In this document: piece by piece, positions 10,720-21,524 of the stretch | How the letters are laid out: every line of letters starts with the position of its first letter | Position numbering within the stretch: position 1 is the first letter of the stretch | DNA from: a virus | Taxonomy: Duplodnaviria > Heunggongvirae > Uroviricota > Caudoviricetes | IMG/VR virus record: IMGVR_UViG_3300034104_004745 | Span: 134,826-198,825 of that record | DNA length: 64,000 nt | Direction: 5' to 3' (one strand) | Made by a program: the position numbers and the translations under genes | The notes under the pieces: model-generated | Told to the model about the DNA's origin: nothing | Databases searched by the model: none | Seen by the model: only the letters and a program-made list of their open reading frames with translations

Positions 10720-13700
10720 TTAAGGACAAATGTTTTGTATTGCTGTTATTATGTTTGCCCCACTAAATCCAGTTGTAACCAATCCGTTTGTTCCAGTTGC
10801 TAAAGTGTATAAAGCATTATTACTAGTAGTTGTCATTAATAATACTCTAATATTTTGATTATATAAAGGTGTTATTAGACTGTTTACAAACGTAACGTCA
10901 GTTGAGTTATAAGCATCATCATTACCACTTGGTGTTGCATCAGTTATTAAAATTATTAATTTAGATACCCTAGTTCTAAATGTTCCAGCAAAATATTCAT
11001 AACCTGAAATATTATTAGTTGCAACTAAATTGACCCCCATATCACTTGGTTCTGGTATACTTTCACCACTACCTAAAGGAACCGCACTATTTAATTTATT
11101 TAATTGAGTTGTAAATGAGGAAATATTATTTGTACCCATTTTCTCCCAAGCAGTTATCCATTGATATTTGCTATTAAGACCCGTATTAATAAATCTTTGT
11201 GATGATGGTAAAGTTGTATAATTACTATTGTTCCAATAGTTTGAGTTGATTCCGCTAGAATATTCATCAAATGTTACTAAACCTAATCTATAATTGTTAT
11301 TAGATTCTGTTTGTATTGTGTTTGCAATAGACGCAATAGATGATTTTACACCATTAATCGCACTACCCATACTACCTGTATAATCAACTAAAAATACAAC
11401 ATCCATACCAGCGTCACACGATGCAGGTTCACCTGGAATTTCACCAATAGTTTCGGTAAATTTAGCCTCAAATGAACAATCTGGGGTAATTGTTGAAGTT
11501 GGTGTTTCTGTGCTAGTTGGTGTTTCTGTGATGGTCGAAGTACTTGTTGGTGTTGGCGTAGCAATTACAGCTACGGTATCGATCACGAATTCACAATTAG
11601 GTGTTTCTGTACTAGTAGGTGTAATGGTACTAGTTGGTGTTTCCGTACTAGTTGAAGTTGGCGTTGAAGTAATTGTTGATGTCGGTGTAGGTGTCGCAAT
11701 TACAGCCACTGTATCGATTACGAAATCACAATTTGGTGTATATGTTGATGTTGGTGTTTCTGTACTAGTTGGTGTTTCTGTGCTAGTTGGTGTACCAGTA
11801 ATTGTAGATGTTGATGTCGGTGTAGGTGTTGCTATTACCGCAACAGTGTCAATCACAAATTCACAATTTGGTGTATATGTTGATGTTGGTGTTTCTGTAC
11901 TAGTTGGTGTTTCTGTGCTAGTTGGTGTTTCTGTAATTGTTGAAGTGCTTGTTGGTGTTGGTGTAGCAATTACAGCCACAGTATCAATAACGAAATCACA
12001 ATTAAGTGTTTCTGTTGAAGTTGGTGTCGATGTTATTGTCGATGTTGGTGTCGGTGTTGCTATTACGGCTACCACATCAATAACGAAATCACAATTAAGT
12101 GTTTCTGTTGAAGTTGGTGTTGTTGTAATAGTAGGTGTTGGTGTAGGTGTCGCAATTACTGCTACTACATCAATAACAAAATCGCAACTAGGCGTTTCTG
12201 TTGATGTTGGTGTTATTGTTACACTAGGTGTTGGCGTAGCAATTACAGCTACGGTATCAATCACGAAATCACAATTAGATGTAATTGTAGATGTTGGTGT
12301 TGATGTGCTTGTTGGTGTTGGTGTTGCAATTACTGCCACCGTATCAATTACAAAATCACAACTAGTTGTTTGTGTTGGTGTTGCTGTACTAGTACTAGTT
12401 GGTGTCGGCGTTTCAGTCAACGTCGAAGTGCTACTTGGTGTTGGTGTACTAGTAGGCGTTCCCGTTGGTGTCGATGTAATTGTTGGTGTTCCCGTGCTAG
12501 TTGGTGTGTTTGTAGGTGTGTTAGTTGGTGATGGTGTTACCACTGGATAATAATCTCCACACACAACTGCAGGGGTAATTGAACCACACTCAGTTGTATA
12601 ATTTCTAATAGGATCTTCAATCGCAGTATCACAACACACATCATCAATATAATATTGACTTAAATTAGTGTTAAGTCTATTAAATTTAGTATATGTATGT
12701 TGAGCCAATACTTGAACATTATCGTTACCGTTAAATAAAATTAAATTCTCTGGTTGTGTGCCAGTAACATTAATATTATAATAAAGATTGTTCTCACAGT
12801 AATTTAAATTAACAGCAACAACTTCTAATAATTCACCCTTTTCTGTAATTAAAAAATCACCAGTATCATAATAATCTGATGGATAATAACAACATGGTTC
12901 TTCTTGTGTTTCCGGTTTTAATTGTAGAAACTCAGGAGATCTAGAATCAAAGAAATATCCATCTACTTTTGATACCCTATATGTGGCCTCATCAATTTCT
13001 TTGTTTGTATAGACACGTAATTTTGTTGTAGGTAAAACATCGATAACTACTTGCTGACCATTTGCAGTCATACCAGTTATTTCACTCTTTTTTACCGAAC
13101 CTAAACAATCAATATCGTTAATTGTATGTGTTGAATAGTCATATGAAAAAGAATAATCGTTATTTTCACTAGCATATTCAAACATGCTTGATGAAAGTAC
13201 GGTACATGGTAGATAACTTGCACTTAATATAACATTCCCATTAACCAAATCTTTGGCATCTTTTCTAACAAGAGTTCCAGCTGCTAAATAGCTAGTAATA
13301 TTTGCCGGTGTTGTAGATGAATTAATTGTAGCACCACTCACAACAATTACTTTAGTATTGTGTTTTAAACCGTAATTGTATGTGTTTCTATATTGTACTT
13401 TTGGTACTAATGTATAACCAGTATTAACTACCAAAGGTAAATCCGGAATTTCGGATGGATACTCTATATATCTTAATGCCAATCCTTCAATTTTTACTTT
13501 TTTATCACAGTTTGCTGCGTCAGTAAAAATTAAATCAATAACCTCATCTTCTCTTACTTTAGTTAATTTAAACTTACAATTTTCTCCAACAATTTGGAAG
13601 AAACTTGTGTCTGTATATGTTGGGTGATAACCTGTACTAATATTATTACCTGGTGTGCAATTTCTTTGAACATAAACACCCCATCCGCTATCGTTACCAG

Positions 13701-16700
13701 ATTGAACTGTTACACCAGTTACACTGACAATAATATCAGTAGATACTTTGCAAGTTGGGTAACCAGAATAAACATCACAAGAAGCATCAAATGATAAATC
13801 TAAATGACATTTAGGTTCAGTATATTTGTAATCAACATCAAAATAGAAATCTAAATTATCTTTTACCAAACATTCACCAGATGAGTTTGTGTGGGCGATA
13901 AACTTAACTTTTTCAATACCATCACTATCTGTGAAAAATTCATGTGATATTAATTGTGTATAACCACTAGTAATTGCTGTAGTTGGAACATAACTTGGTG
14001 CATTAAATGCACTATATTGTACTTCTGTTTGATTAATTTGGTTAACCAATGAAGTTATTGCACTTTTCCAAGCAGCTTTAATTGTTGTTAAATTTAAATT
14101 GATCCAATTTTTATATTCACATATAAGTGGAATCTTTGTTGATGAAGATGTTAGTATAGTACAACTTTCATTTGCAGTGAAGCCACCACCAAATAAAGTA
14201 CTACCAGTTAAAATAACTTGCGTTGTTCCACTATAATCAACACCATCAATATCAATATGTAAACTAAATGTTACACCGCTAAATTCTATTAATCCTCTTA
14301 AATTATCTGGATCACCAACTATTGTCTCAATATCTTCTTCAATAATTGTTTCAAACTCAGGGTATAGGTTTTCAACTATTTCTAATGGTTTACATGGTTT
14401 TCTATATGAAAACTTAGGTCTACCAAAAATATTATTTTCTATTAAATTTCCACCCATCCATAAGGTTGTTGATGGAATAATTTGTTCTAAAACATTAGAC
14501 CAATATGGGCTCATCTGATTAACGAAATCAGATGTTGAAATCATATCATATGTTGTATATCCAGAAGCTGTTAATTGATTTAAATAATCTTGATATACAT
14601 CTTCTAATGTGATATAATTTTTCTTATATTTTATTAAGTTTGAATTAGTAATTTGATTAGAAAAAGTATTTTGTAGGTATTCAGCAAATGTAAAACCAGT
14701 TTGTGGTTCAAGACTATTTGTACCAAAAGTAACTTCTAATTCTCTGGATTTTCTCCAAATATCATAGTTGATTGCATTGGCAGCAGAAACAAATACGTTT
14801 ATATTTTTTCTATTAAGAGTTAAATTAGATAAATTTTCATCTTCTAATATTTGCCCTTGTACGTTATCAATTTCACTTTTAATTGTGAAACCATAATCTA
14901 ATCCAGGTAATGTTCTATAAACATCAAAATAATCCTCACCATATGAATATGGTTTAGATTTTGTTAATAATGTTTTTGTTCTACCCGTTAAAACTGAACT
15001 TTCAGTATCTAACATATCAGACGATCTATGATCTAATGATACATTTGACCAACCAGAACCCATTTGGAAAAATATATTTTCCTGATTAGTTGTTGGCGAT
15101 TTTGGTAATAATGAAATGTCATTTACAGGGTAATCAGTTAACTGTCTATTTGTTGTTAAACCAGTTAATGATGATAATGTGTATGTATATGTGCCACTAT
15201 TAAATGTCACATTATTATTTACTTCAATATTGTTTAATGTGTTTGTGATATCATCTAAAGTTGATGGTGGCAATGCACTATTAACTTTATACACAAACTC
15301 ATCAATTTTAACCATTGGTTCAGGAGCACCTATGAACTTTAAGAAAAATTCAATACTACTTCTGGTTCCCTTTGATTTATAAATGAAAGCTAAATTAACT
15401 AAAAGTCGTCTATAGAATTCTAATTCAGCATCAACTAAATTCTTACCAATAGATTGTCCATCATAGGTAACTGAAGATGCATTATAAATTTGTTCTTCTA
15501 AAGATTTTTGATCGAATAAATTGATTGTATTTAAACCAAGAGTGTTTGCTAGATTTTTAAGAAAAACATCTGGGATGTTATCTATTGCATCATAACTTAC
15601 ATTTCTCATATATGCAATATTGTCAATATATGATTTTACTTTATCAAAGCTTTGTCCATATAATTGAAATATTTTATCTATTTTTTGATCTTCGGTGTCA
15701 AATTCAAATAACTGAGGAGCAACTAAAAATCTTGTTACTAAGTTAGATTTATAATTGTCAATCTCTGTCGCTAAATCATTTAATCTAGTAAGATATTCAT
15801 CAAACTTTAATCCTGTGATCTGTATGTTGTACCCGTCAGATGATGCTGGCCAATTTACTAATACCGAAACTAACTCTGTTTTTGTTTCATCTAGACTTGT
15901 TTTTGGTACAGTAAATCCTGCTTGATATATTGGGAATGTCTCTCTGTTTAATAATGTTTGCTCAAGATCATCTAAACCTAGATAAAACTCTTCAACAACA
16001 TTATCATTAGGTCTTAAAATAAAACTATCTGAATATGTTGAACCAGTAAACGGTTTTCCGGTAACTGATAATGTAATTTGATTGAAACTATTTGGTTCAG
16101 TATAATTGCTTACAGAATATTTCTTATCATCAACAATTATAATGTATTTTTTATATGAGGAAAATAAATTTCTGATTTTATTTTCAGCATTTAATTCCTC
16201 ATTTGAGGTAGGTTGTATTAAAGCAACGTCAAACGGATTAAAAAATCTACCCGTTTGAACTGTAAATGTTGTTCTATTTGTTGTTGGGTTGTAAGTAATA
16301 CTTTCTGCAGTATTAGATGTAACCACCGAAAGTGCGTCTTTATCAACTAAAATTCCACCTGGGAAGTTTTTGATAATTCTAGCAATCGAAACCCTAATTC
16401 TTTCTCTTAAAGAACCAAATAAAGATTTTGATGCGTCTTTTTTATTACTATTAAATCTTACTGGTCTTTTCTTACCGTCAGACTGTACAACTGTTGTTGG
16501 TACATCTTCTTCTATCTTAAGGTTTTCAAGAGTTATAAAATCTGAAAATGGCGCAGTTTGGAATTTTTTAGAGTCTTTTTCTGGTATGGTCCTATCTATC
16601 GCAAAGTTCGTATTAGTCAATTGACTAGTACCGTCAGTAATTTGTCTTCCAACAATACTGTCGCTAAACGTTTCAAAACCACTAGCTGCTTGACTCGGAA

Positions 16701-16716
16701 CTTTTCTTTTTGCCAT
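10720..16716 (-). CDS. Large baseplate-wedge-like protein fused to PT repeats and a C-terminal vWA domain
   Basis: FLKNLANTLG...IYKSKGTRSSIEFFLKFIG resembles P2 gpI/T4 gp7-type wedge motif; C-terminal MIDAS motif DVVFLVDYTGSM, later ILITDA. Confidence 0.75.
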   Translation of the reverse strand: MAKRKVPSQAASGFETFSDSIVGRQITDGTSQLTNTNFAIDRTIPEKDSKKFQTAPFSDFITLENLKIEEDVPTTVVQSDGKKRPVRFNSNKKDASKSLFGSLRERIRVSIARIIKNFPGGILVDKDALSVVTSNTAESITYNPTTNRTTFTVQTGRFFNPFDVALIQPTSNEELNAENKIRNLFSSYKKYIIIVDDKKYSVSNYTEPNSFNQITLSVTGKPFTGSTYSDSFILRPNDNVVEEFYLGLDDLEQTLLNRETFPIYQAGFTVPKTSLDETKTELVSVLVNWPASSDGYNIQITGLKFDEYLTRLNDLATEIDNYKSNLVTRFLVAPQLFEFDTEDQKIDKIFQLYGQSFDKVKSYIDNIAYMRNVSYDAIDNIPDVFLKNLANTLGLNTINLFDQKSLEEQIYNASSVTYDGQSIGKNLVDAELEFYRRLLVNLAFIYKSKGTRSSIEFFLKFIGAPEPMVKIDEFVYKVNSALPPSTLDDITNTLNNIEVNNNVTFNSGTYTYTLSSLTGLTTNRQLTDYPVNDISLLPKSPTTNQENIFFQMGSGWSNVSLDHRSSDMLDTESSVLTGRTKTLLTKSKPYSYGEDYFDVYRTLPGLDYGFTIKSEIDNVQGQILEDENLSNLTLNRKNINVFVSAANAINYDIWRKSRELEVTFGTNSLEPQTGFTFAEYLQNTFSNQITNSNLIKYKKNYITLEDVYQDYLNQLTASGYTTYDMISTSDFVNQMSPYWSNVLEQIIPSTTLWMGGNLIENNIFGRPKFSYRKPCKPLEIVENLYPEFETIIEEDIETIVGDPDNLRGLIEFSGVTFSLHIDIDGVDYSGTTQVILTGSTLFGGGFTANESCTILTSSSTKIPLICEYKNWINLNLTTIKAAWKSAITSLVNQINQTEVQYSAFNAPSYVPTTAITSGYTQLISHEFFTDSDGIEKVKFIAHTNSSGECLVKDNLDFYFDVDYKYTEPKCHLDLSFDASCDVYSGYPTCKVSTDIIVSVTGVTVQSGNDSGWGVYVQRNCTPGNNISTGYHPTYTDTSFFQIVGENCKFKLTKVREDEVIDLIFTDAANCDKKVKIEGLALRYIEYPSEIPDLPLVVNTGYTLVPKVQYRNTYNYGLKHNTKVIVVSGATINSSTTPANITSYLAAGTLVRKDAKDLVNGNVILSASYLPCTVLSSSMFEYASENNDYSFSYDYSTHTINDIDCLGSVKKSEITGMTANGQQVVIDVLPTTKLRVYTNKEIDEATYRVSKVDGYFFDSRSPEFLQLKPETQEEPCCYYPSDYYDTGDFLITEKGELLEVVAVNLNYCENNLYYNINVTGTQPENLILFNGNDNVQVLAQHTYTKFNRLNTNLSQYYIDDVCCDTAIEDPIRNYTTECGSITPAVVCGDYYPVVTPSPTNTPTNTPTSTGTPTITSTPTGTPTSTPTPSSTSTLTETPTPTSTSTATPTQTTSCDFVIDTVAVIATPTPTSTSTPTSTITSNCDFVIDTVAVIATPTPSVTITPTSTETPSCDFVIDVVAVIATPTPTPTITTTPTSTETLNCDFVIDVVAVIATPTPTSTITSTPTSTETLNCDFVIDTVAVIATPTPTSTSTITETPTSTETPTSTETPTSTYTPNCEFVIDTVAVIATPTPTSTSTITGTPTSTETPTSTETPTSTYTPNCDFVIDTVAVIATPTPTSTITSTPTSTSTETPTSTITPTSTETPNCEFVIDTVAVIATPTPTSTSTITETPTSTETPTSTITPDCSFEAKFTETIGEIPGEPASCDAGMDVVFLVDYTGSMGSAINGVKSSIASIANTIQTESNNNYRLGLVTFDEYSSGINSNYWNNSNYTTLPSSQRFINTGLNSKYQWITAWEKMGTNNISSFTTQLNKLNSAVPLGSGESIPEPSDMGVNLVATNNISGYEYFAGTFRTRVSKLIILITDATPSGNDDAYNSTDVTFVNSLITPLYNQNIRVLLMTTTSNNALYTLATGTNGLVTTGFSGANIITAIQNICP
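11470..12540 (-). repeat. Thr/Pro coding repeat tract with 8 C[DE]FVID[TV]VAVIATPTP units
   Basis: Units counted in the translation; near-identical DNA blocks around 11730-11960. Confidence 0.9.
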
Positions 16717-17633
16717 TATTCAGTAATATCGTCAAAGTTTAACGTTTGGTCTATATCAGTCCTACCTTCACGAATTTCATATAACGTCTCATTAAATTCG
16801 TCTTTAACTTCATATAGGTTAAACTGTTTATAAATGTTATTAGCGCCATCATAAATGGTATAGATACCTGAAGATATCGCCTTACTTTGATTACCATAAA
16901 GAGCAAGAGCAAGTGTTGAAGCATCATGTTCAACCATTTCTACTTCAATGGTTGTTGGGTTAAAATAGCTATTTGTTAGAATAATCTTTTGTAATGGTTG
17001 ACCAATAAAAGGAACCGTATTTGGTTTATTTGTTGGCGCAGAAGATGGTGTAACAGTTAAGAACATCAAATTCGTAGGTGAATCTGAATATCTGTATCTA
17101 ACAGTTTTCTGTGTAGTATTTGTTAGATTTGTTGTTATTGGCTCACAATAAAAAGAAGATGTTACTATTTTGTAAAAATTAGGTACTTTCTTATTATCAC
17201 TTACACTTATATATTCAACTCTATATCCTACCAATCCTTGAGGAATAAATTTTGATCTGTCTTCAGTATTAAGATTACCTAAATCTATAACAATCCCTCT
17301 AACAGATGGTAAAGACGCAAGAACACCACAATCTGTAATAGATGTTCTAATTTGTTTTGGTCTCACATGTAACGTATATACCCCAATTTCAGAGAAAGCT
17401 GAACTTTCTAGTCTTAAATTGTACATACCACCTAAAACTTCTACATTTGGTGCATTTGTATCATCCGTAGTATTTGAATTATGATATAGGGGAGATAAAA
17501 TACTAGCCGAATCCAACTTTGATAACGTTGAATCGGTTGTCGCCCCTCTATCAGCAGCATAATGAAGTAGTATTTCTACATCCTCTGGTGACACATCTGC
17601 TGGTCTTATTGTTCCGTAACTTCCTACTGCCAT
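16716..17633 (-). CDS. Probable baseplate-region structural protein
   Basis: Stop overlaps the start of the wedge-like gene; TATTTAT motif upstream. Confidence 0.55.
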   Translation of the reverse strand: MAVGSYGTIRPADVSPEDVEILLHYAADRGATTDSTLSKLDSASILSPLYHNSNTTDDTNAPNVEVLGGMYNLRLESSAFSEIGVYTLHVRPKQIRTSITDCGVLASLPSVRGIVIDLGNLNTEDRSKFIPQGLVGYRVEYISVSDNKKVPNFYKIVTSSFYCEPITTNLTNTTQKTVRYRYSDSPTNLMFLTVTPSSAPTNKPNTVPFIGQPLQKIILTNSYFNPTTIEVEMVEHDASTLALALYGNQSKAISSGIYTIYDGANNIYKQFNLYEVKDEFNETLYEIREGRTDIDQTLNFDDITE

Positions 17634-17657
17634 AGTATTTTATTAATAAATATAATT

Positions 17658-18917
17658 TTATTGTTTTTTCACCACAAAAAAACCGTTTCCGTAGATATCT
17701 AATTCACCAATATTATCAATTTCTCCCAATCTTAAATTAAATTCTGAAACCCCCATCTTACCTCTTTCAACAAATATGTCAGAATAAACTTGTGGTTCAG
17801 AAATAAAACCTAAAAAATGTTCATTTCTGGTTAACATTTTATTAGTCACATATTCCACCGCAAAATCAGTATTTGAGTTGTAAGATGTGAATCCGGTTGT
17901 TCCATTTATGATATGATTTGGCACTTTCCCTGTTATATAAGTAACACCATCAGAACAATCATAGTAATCTAAGCCATCAACCGTATATTTTGAACAAGTT
18001 AAAGTTGTACCTGGTAATGACGTTGAAGTTACCCCACTGTATGTGTTACCCCCATATAATTTTTTCTCTATTATTCTACTTTTACCTGCCGCCACAAATG
18101 TGAGTGCTGTTGGTGTTTTTGTAGATCCTGATAATGCAACCCCGTAGTCAGTGTATGGAAATGTGAATGACAATGTTCCTAAACTAGTAGGATTACCGAT
18201 CGCTAATGGTAAATTTACTGTTCTGGATAGTGTTTGTACCGTCCATGGGCTATTCATAGTAATTGAAATAGTTTTATTTCCGGGTGTTGAATATGTTTTT
18301 GTTACATTACCTAATATACTAATTGAAGAAGTTGTACTATCCCCCCAATTAATTTGAAAAGTAGCATCAACTACTCTTTTTAATGTATTTGTATTTGTTG
18401 TATTGTAAACTGTAATTGTGTTACCACTAGCTTTATAAGTAAAATTACAAAGTTGTTCTACTTGATCTACTTCCCCATCAAAGCCAACCATTATACCTAA
18501 TTCATCGGCTTTTGCGTCTAATGTTATTGGTATTTCATAATCTGGGTGTGCCGCTGATTTATTTTTACCAATGTTTACCCATAAATTTCCATTCCATCTA
18601 TAATAATATCCTTTATCTACCCAAGTAACAGCTTCAGGTTGTTCAACCCAAAACGTAGTTTGTGATGATGGGATTTTATTTAAATTAGAATCAGTCAGTG
18701 ACTTATAAATTTTTCCATTGTAATAAATTGTATCACCAGCCTCATATGTAATATCACTATACCACTTAACATCCATTATTGTGGTTCCACTAACAGGTGC
18801 TGTTGTTGCTGACCAAGGAATTAATTCTAAATTACGATCATACCAATACTGACCAGCGTTGTATAAAACAACTGATAAGATATTTTTTTGTAATATTTCG
18901 TACTTATATTTTTTCAT
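17658..18917 (-). CDS. Virion protein with CBM5/12-like module and PKD-like domain
   Basis: WYSDITYEAGDTIYYNGKIYKS...W (chitin-binding type 3-like); INWGDS...TKTYSTPGNKTISIT (PKD-like). Confidence 0.6.
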   Translation of the reverse strand: MKKYKYEILQKNILSVVLYNAGQYWYDRNLELIPWSATTAPVSGTTIMDVKWYSDITYEAGDTIYYNGKIYKSLTDSNLNKIPSSQTTFWVEQPEAVTWVDKGYYYRWNGNLWVNIGKNKSAAHPDYEIPITLDAKADELGIMVGFDGEVDQVEQLCNFTYKASGNTITVYNTTNTNTLKRVVDATFQINWGDSTTSSISILGNVTKTYSTPGNKTISITMNSPWTVQTLSRTVNLPLAIGNPTSLGTLSFTFPYTDYGVALSGSTKTPTALTFVAAGKSRIIEKKLYGGNTYSGVTSTSLPGTTLTCSKYTVDGLDYYDCSDGVTYITGKVPNHIINGTTGFTSYNSNTDFAVEYVTNKMLTRNEHFLGFISEPQVYSDIFVERGKMGVSEFNLRLGEIDNIGELDIYGNGFFVVKKQ

Positions 18918-18919
18918 TT

Positions 18920-19753
18920 TTATAAATTAATTGCAGTTCCGTCTGCAAAATCACAATTATTTGTCTGTCCTCTTGTTATTTTATAACTATGATCACTTCT
19001 TTTAAATAAAACCTGAAAATAAAAATCATTAACATCGTCAACATTATCACTAAAATTCATCTCATAAAATTTAACGGGATTTGCTTTTGTACCCACCCTT
19101 TCTCCATTAACTAATCCAGAATTATTAATTGTTAAATCTTTATTTAAAAATCTTGTTGTAGTGCCATCTTCAGCATTAAAAAATCTAGCAGTCATATAAA
19201 ATGTTAAACCACTAAAAACAGTATCATCGCCAAACCAAAACAAATACATGTTTTCGGTATTTTTATAGTTGTTACCAGTAAAAACCGGTATACTAATTCT
19301 ATCTTTTAAATTAACATCAAAAACTTTTTGACCTAATGGAATTGATAAATTTTTAGCAAAAACTAATTTTTGTGTTTCTCTTTCTCTAGTTGTATAAAAT
19401 TCTAACCTAAAAAAACTATTAACGCTATGTTTTAATAAATTAGCATTCTCTCTTGGACTAATCCCTATTAAATCATAATCTAACCCATTATCATAATCTC
19501 TAGGTGATTGGTTATTTAAAAAATAAAAATAATACCAAATGTCACATTGAGTATCACCGGTATTAACTGTTATTCCACTATATGGTTCATGAATATATCT
19601 TACGGTTTCATAATTTTCAACCGGATTAATAATAGATCTTAAAACATCCTCTTGATATTCCAAAAAATTTTCCTCCCAGCCTGCATTTGTTCTAAAATCA
19701 GTTTCTGAGTTAAAAATTAATGATTTATCTGTGTTGTTAAATAATATATTCAT
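18920..19753 (-). CDS. Hypothetical virion protein
   Basis: Tightly packed in structural operon; ends in CDFADGTAINL. Confidence 0.55.
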   Translation of the reverse strand: MNILFNNTDKSLIFNSETDFRTNAGWEENFLEYQEDVLRSIINPVENYETVRYIHEPYSGITVNTGDTQCDIWYYFYFLNNQSPRDYDNGLDYDLIGISPRENANLLKHSVNSFFRLEFYTTRERETQKLVFAKNLSIPLGQKVFDVNLKDRISIPVFTGNNYKNTENMYLFWFGDDTVFSGLTFYMTARFFNAEDGTTTRFLNKDLTINNSGLVNGERVGTKANPVKFYEMNFSDNVDDVNDFYFQVLFKRSDHSYKITRGQTNNCDFADGTAINL

Positions 19754-19754
19754 T

Positions 19755-21524
19755 TTAACAATTTATATCTTTGAATCCTTTAAATCCATTATTTTTATTA
19801 TTGTATTCTTTTTCATTTATGAAATAAAAATTAAAATCAGTTTTAACATAATGTTGTCCATTCACAAACGGATAGTCAGTTCCATTTCCCTCGTCGTCAA
19901 TAAATCCATGATCATATAAATCTCTCCACTTCCACAATTTTTCATCTGGAAAATATCTAGCATTATCTGGTAAATCTAAAATGTTGTTAGTGTTAAATGT
20001 TTCAACATATTGAGACATCTGTCTTAATTTAACTCTATAATGTGGCTGATATAATAATCCCATTTTATTATTTGCTGAAATCGTACCACCGAATGTACTA
20101 CTTGGTAAATTTTGATCATGATCAAAAACCGTTAATGGGTGTACAATTTTATGTAGAGATTCTGATATTATCCTTTCTTTTATTTCAGACGGATTATATT
20201 CAACAAACGCACCAGTTAAAATAGTATCAACTGGAACTGTGGTGCCAGATGTAAATGTGATACTATCTTTTGTAAATGTAGAACCACTTAAATTAGTCTC
20301 TAATGCTGTTGTTCCACTAAAATGATTATCTATCCAACCATCGTGTAAATGAAATTTATAACCAACTTTTGGTGGGTATTCAAAATAACCTGAACCGTTT
20401 TTAAATAAAACCGTAACATAGATTTCTGAAGGTGTATAGCCAAGGTTATTTGTTAACCCAGTTAAAATAAAACTATTTCTAAAATCATATATTAATGATT
20501 CTGGTCTATTCCTTTCAACAAGAACATCGTTGTTACCTGCGCTATCTTCAAATAATAATTTTTTTTCATCTTCAAAAATTGGCGACTCGAAACCGGCCTT
20601 ATCTAAAATTAAATCATTTGATTTAGTTAATATTTTATGTTTATGTACATAATATGTAGAAGTGGTACCGGTAATATTTTTATCATTAATACATCTTTTA
20701 ATTGTTATTAATTTAGGTATGGTAGTACCACTAAACTGTTGTTTGTTTAAATTTATAACATATTTTTCAGAATCATACTTATCATCACCTAAACTAGATA
20801 CGGAATAAGTAATACCACTAATACTTGAGATTGATGATATTATAACAAATTCATCTTCACCAATTCCATGAGGTACTGGTGTTGTTAATTTATAATTTGT
20901 TGCTGATTCCTCAACTCTACAAGGTATTCCACTACCAGCACTAAATTGTATGTGTGTTACTTTATCATTATTAAATGCTGTAGACCCACTAAGAGTATAT
21001 GATATGTTAAAATTAGCATCATGGGCATAAACATAACTTAAATGAAAATTCCAGTTATGATACGGCGCATTCATGTTAGTGATAACTTGATGCTTATTTC
21101 TTGGTTTTGTTGGTTGTGAAAATGTTGGTGAATATGTGCCATATGTACTTCCACTAACCGCTGGAATATTCGTATCTTCTCTGTATGTGTCACGTCTTAT
21201 AAACGCAAACTCATCATATGGTAAATAACCTGTATTGTCACCACTAGCACCGTCACCAAATAAATAAAGATATTCAGCTAGATTACCGTATGGTGTTGTA
21301 CCACTATACATGTTTCTGAAAATCATTTTCATTTTACCATAAATTTTGTACTTCTTGCTTTGAGCTCTTTCGTAACTAAAATGTTCTTCAAGATCTAATA
21401 CAATTGAACGATCACCCTCTCTTAATAATTCCTCACTACTTTCTAACCCAATTCTAGTTGTTAAATCAGCAGATGGCGATTTATGGTACCTTAGTTCTGG
21501 TAATATGATTGTTTTCTTTTCCAT
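19755..21524 (-). CDS. Hypothetical virion protein
   Basis: Structural operon; 10 [ST]GxT motifs. Confidence 0.55.
   Translation of the reverse strand: MEKKTIILPELRYHKSPSADLTTRIGLESSEELLREGDRSIVLDLEEHFSYERAQSKKYKIYGKMKMIFRNMYSGTTPYGNLAEYLYLFGDGASGDNTGYLPYDEFAFIRRDTYREDTNIPAVSGSTYGTYSPTFSQPTKPRNKHQVITNMNAPYHNWNFHLSYVYAHDANFNISYTLSGSTAFNNDKVTHIQFSAGSGIPCRVEESATNYKLTTPVPHGIGEDEFVIISSISSISGITYSVSSLGDDKYDSEKYVINLNKQQFSGTTIPKLITIKRCINDKNITGTTSTYYVHKHKILTKSNDLILDKAGFESPIFEDEKKLLFEDSAGNNDVLVERNRPESLIYDFRNSFILTGLTNNLGYTPSEIYVTVLFKNGSGYFEYPPKVGYKFHLHDGWIDNHFSGTTALETNLSGSTFTKDSITFTSGTTVPVDTILTGAFVEYNPSEIKERIISESLHKIVHPLTVFDHDQNLPSSTFGGTISANNKMGLLYQPHYRVKLRQMSQYVETFNTNNILDLPDNARYFPDEKLWKWRDLYDHGFIDDEGNGTDYPFVNGQHYVKTDFNFYFINEKEYNNKNNGFKGFKDINC

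Noticed and set aside
9725-12540. Regular repeats resembling a CRISPR array or DGR template/variable pair
   Set aside because: In-frame coding repeats with largely synonymous variation; no unique spacers, no adenine-specific pattern noticed, no cas or reverse transcriptase gene in the window
11510-12550. 346-aa Val/Gly-rich plus-strand ORF, and similar ORFs at 5744, 9610, 9904 and 10153
   Set aside because: Antisense shadows of Thr/Pro codon repeats (ACN/CCN read as V/G)
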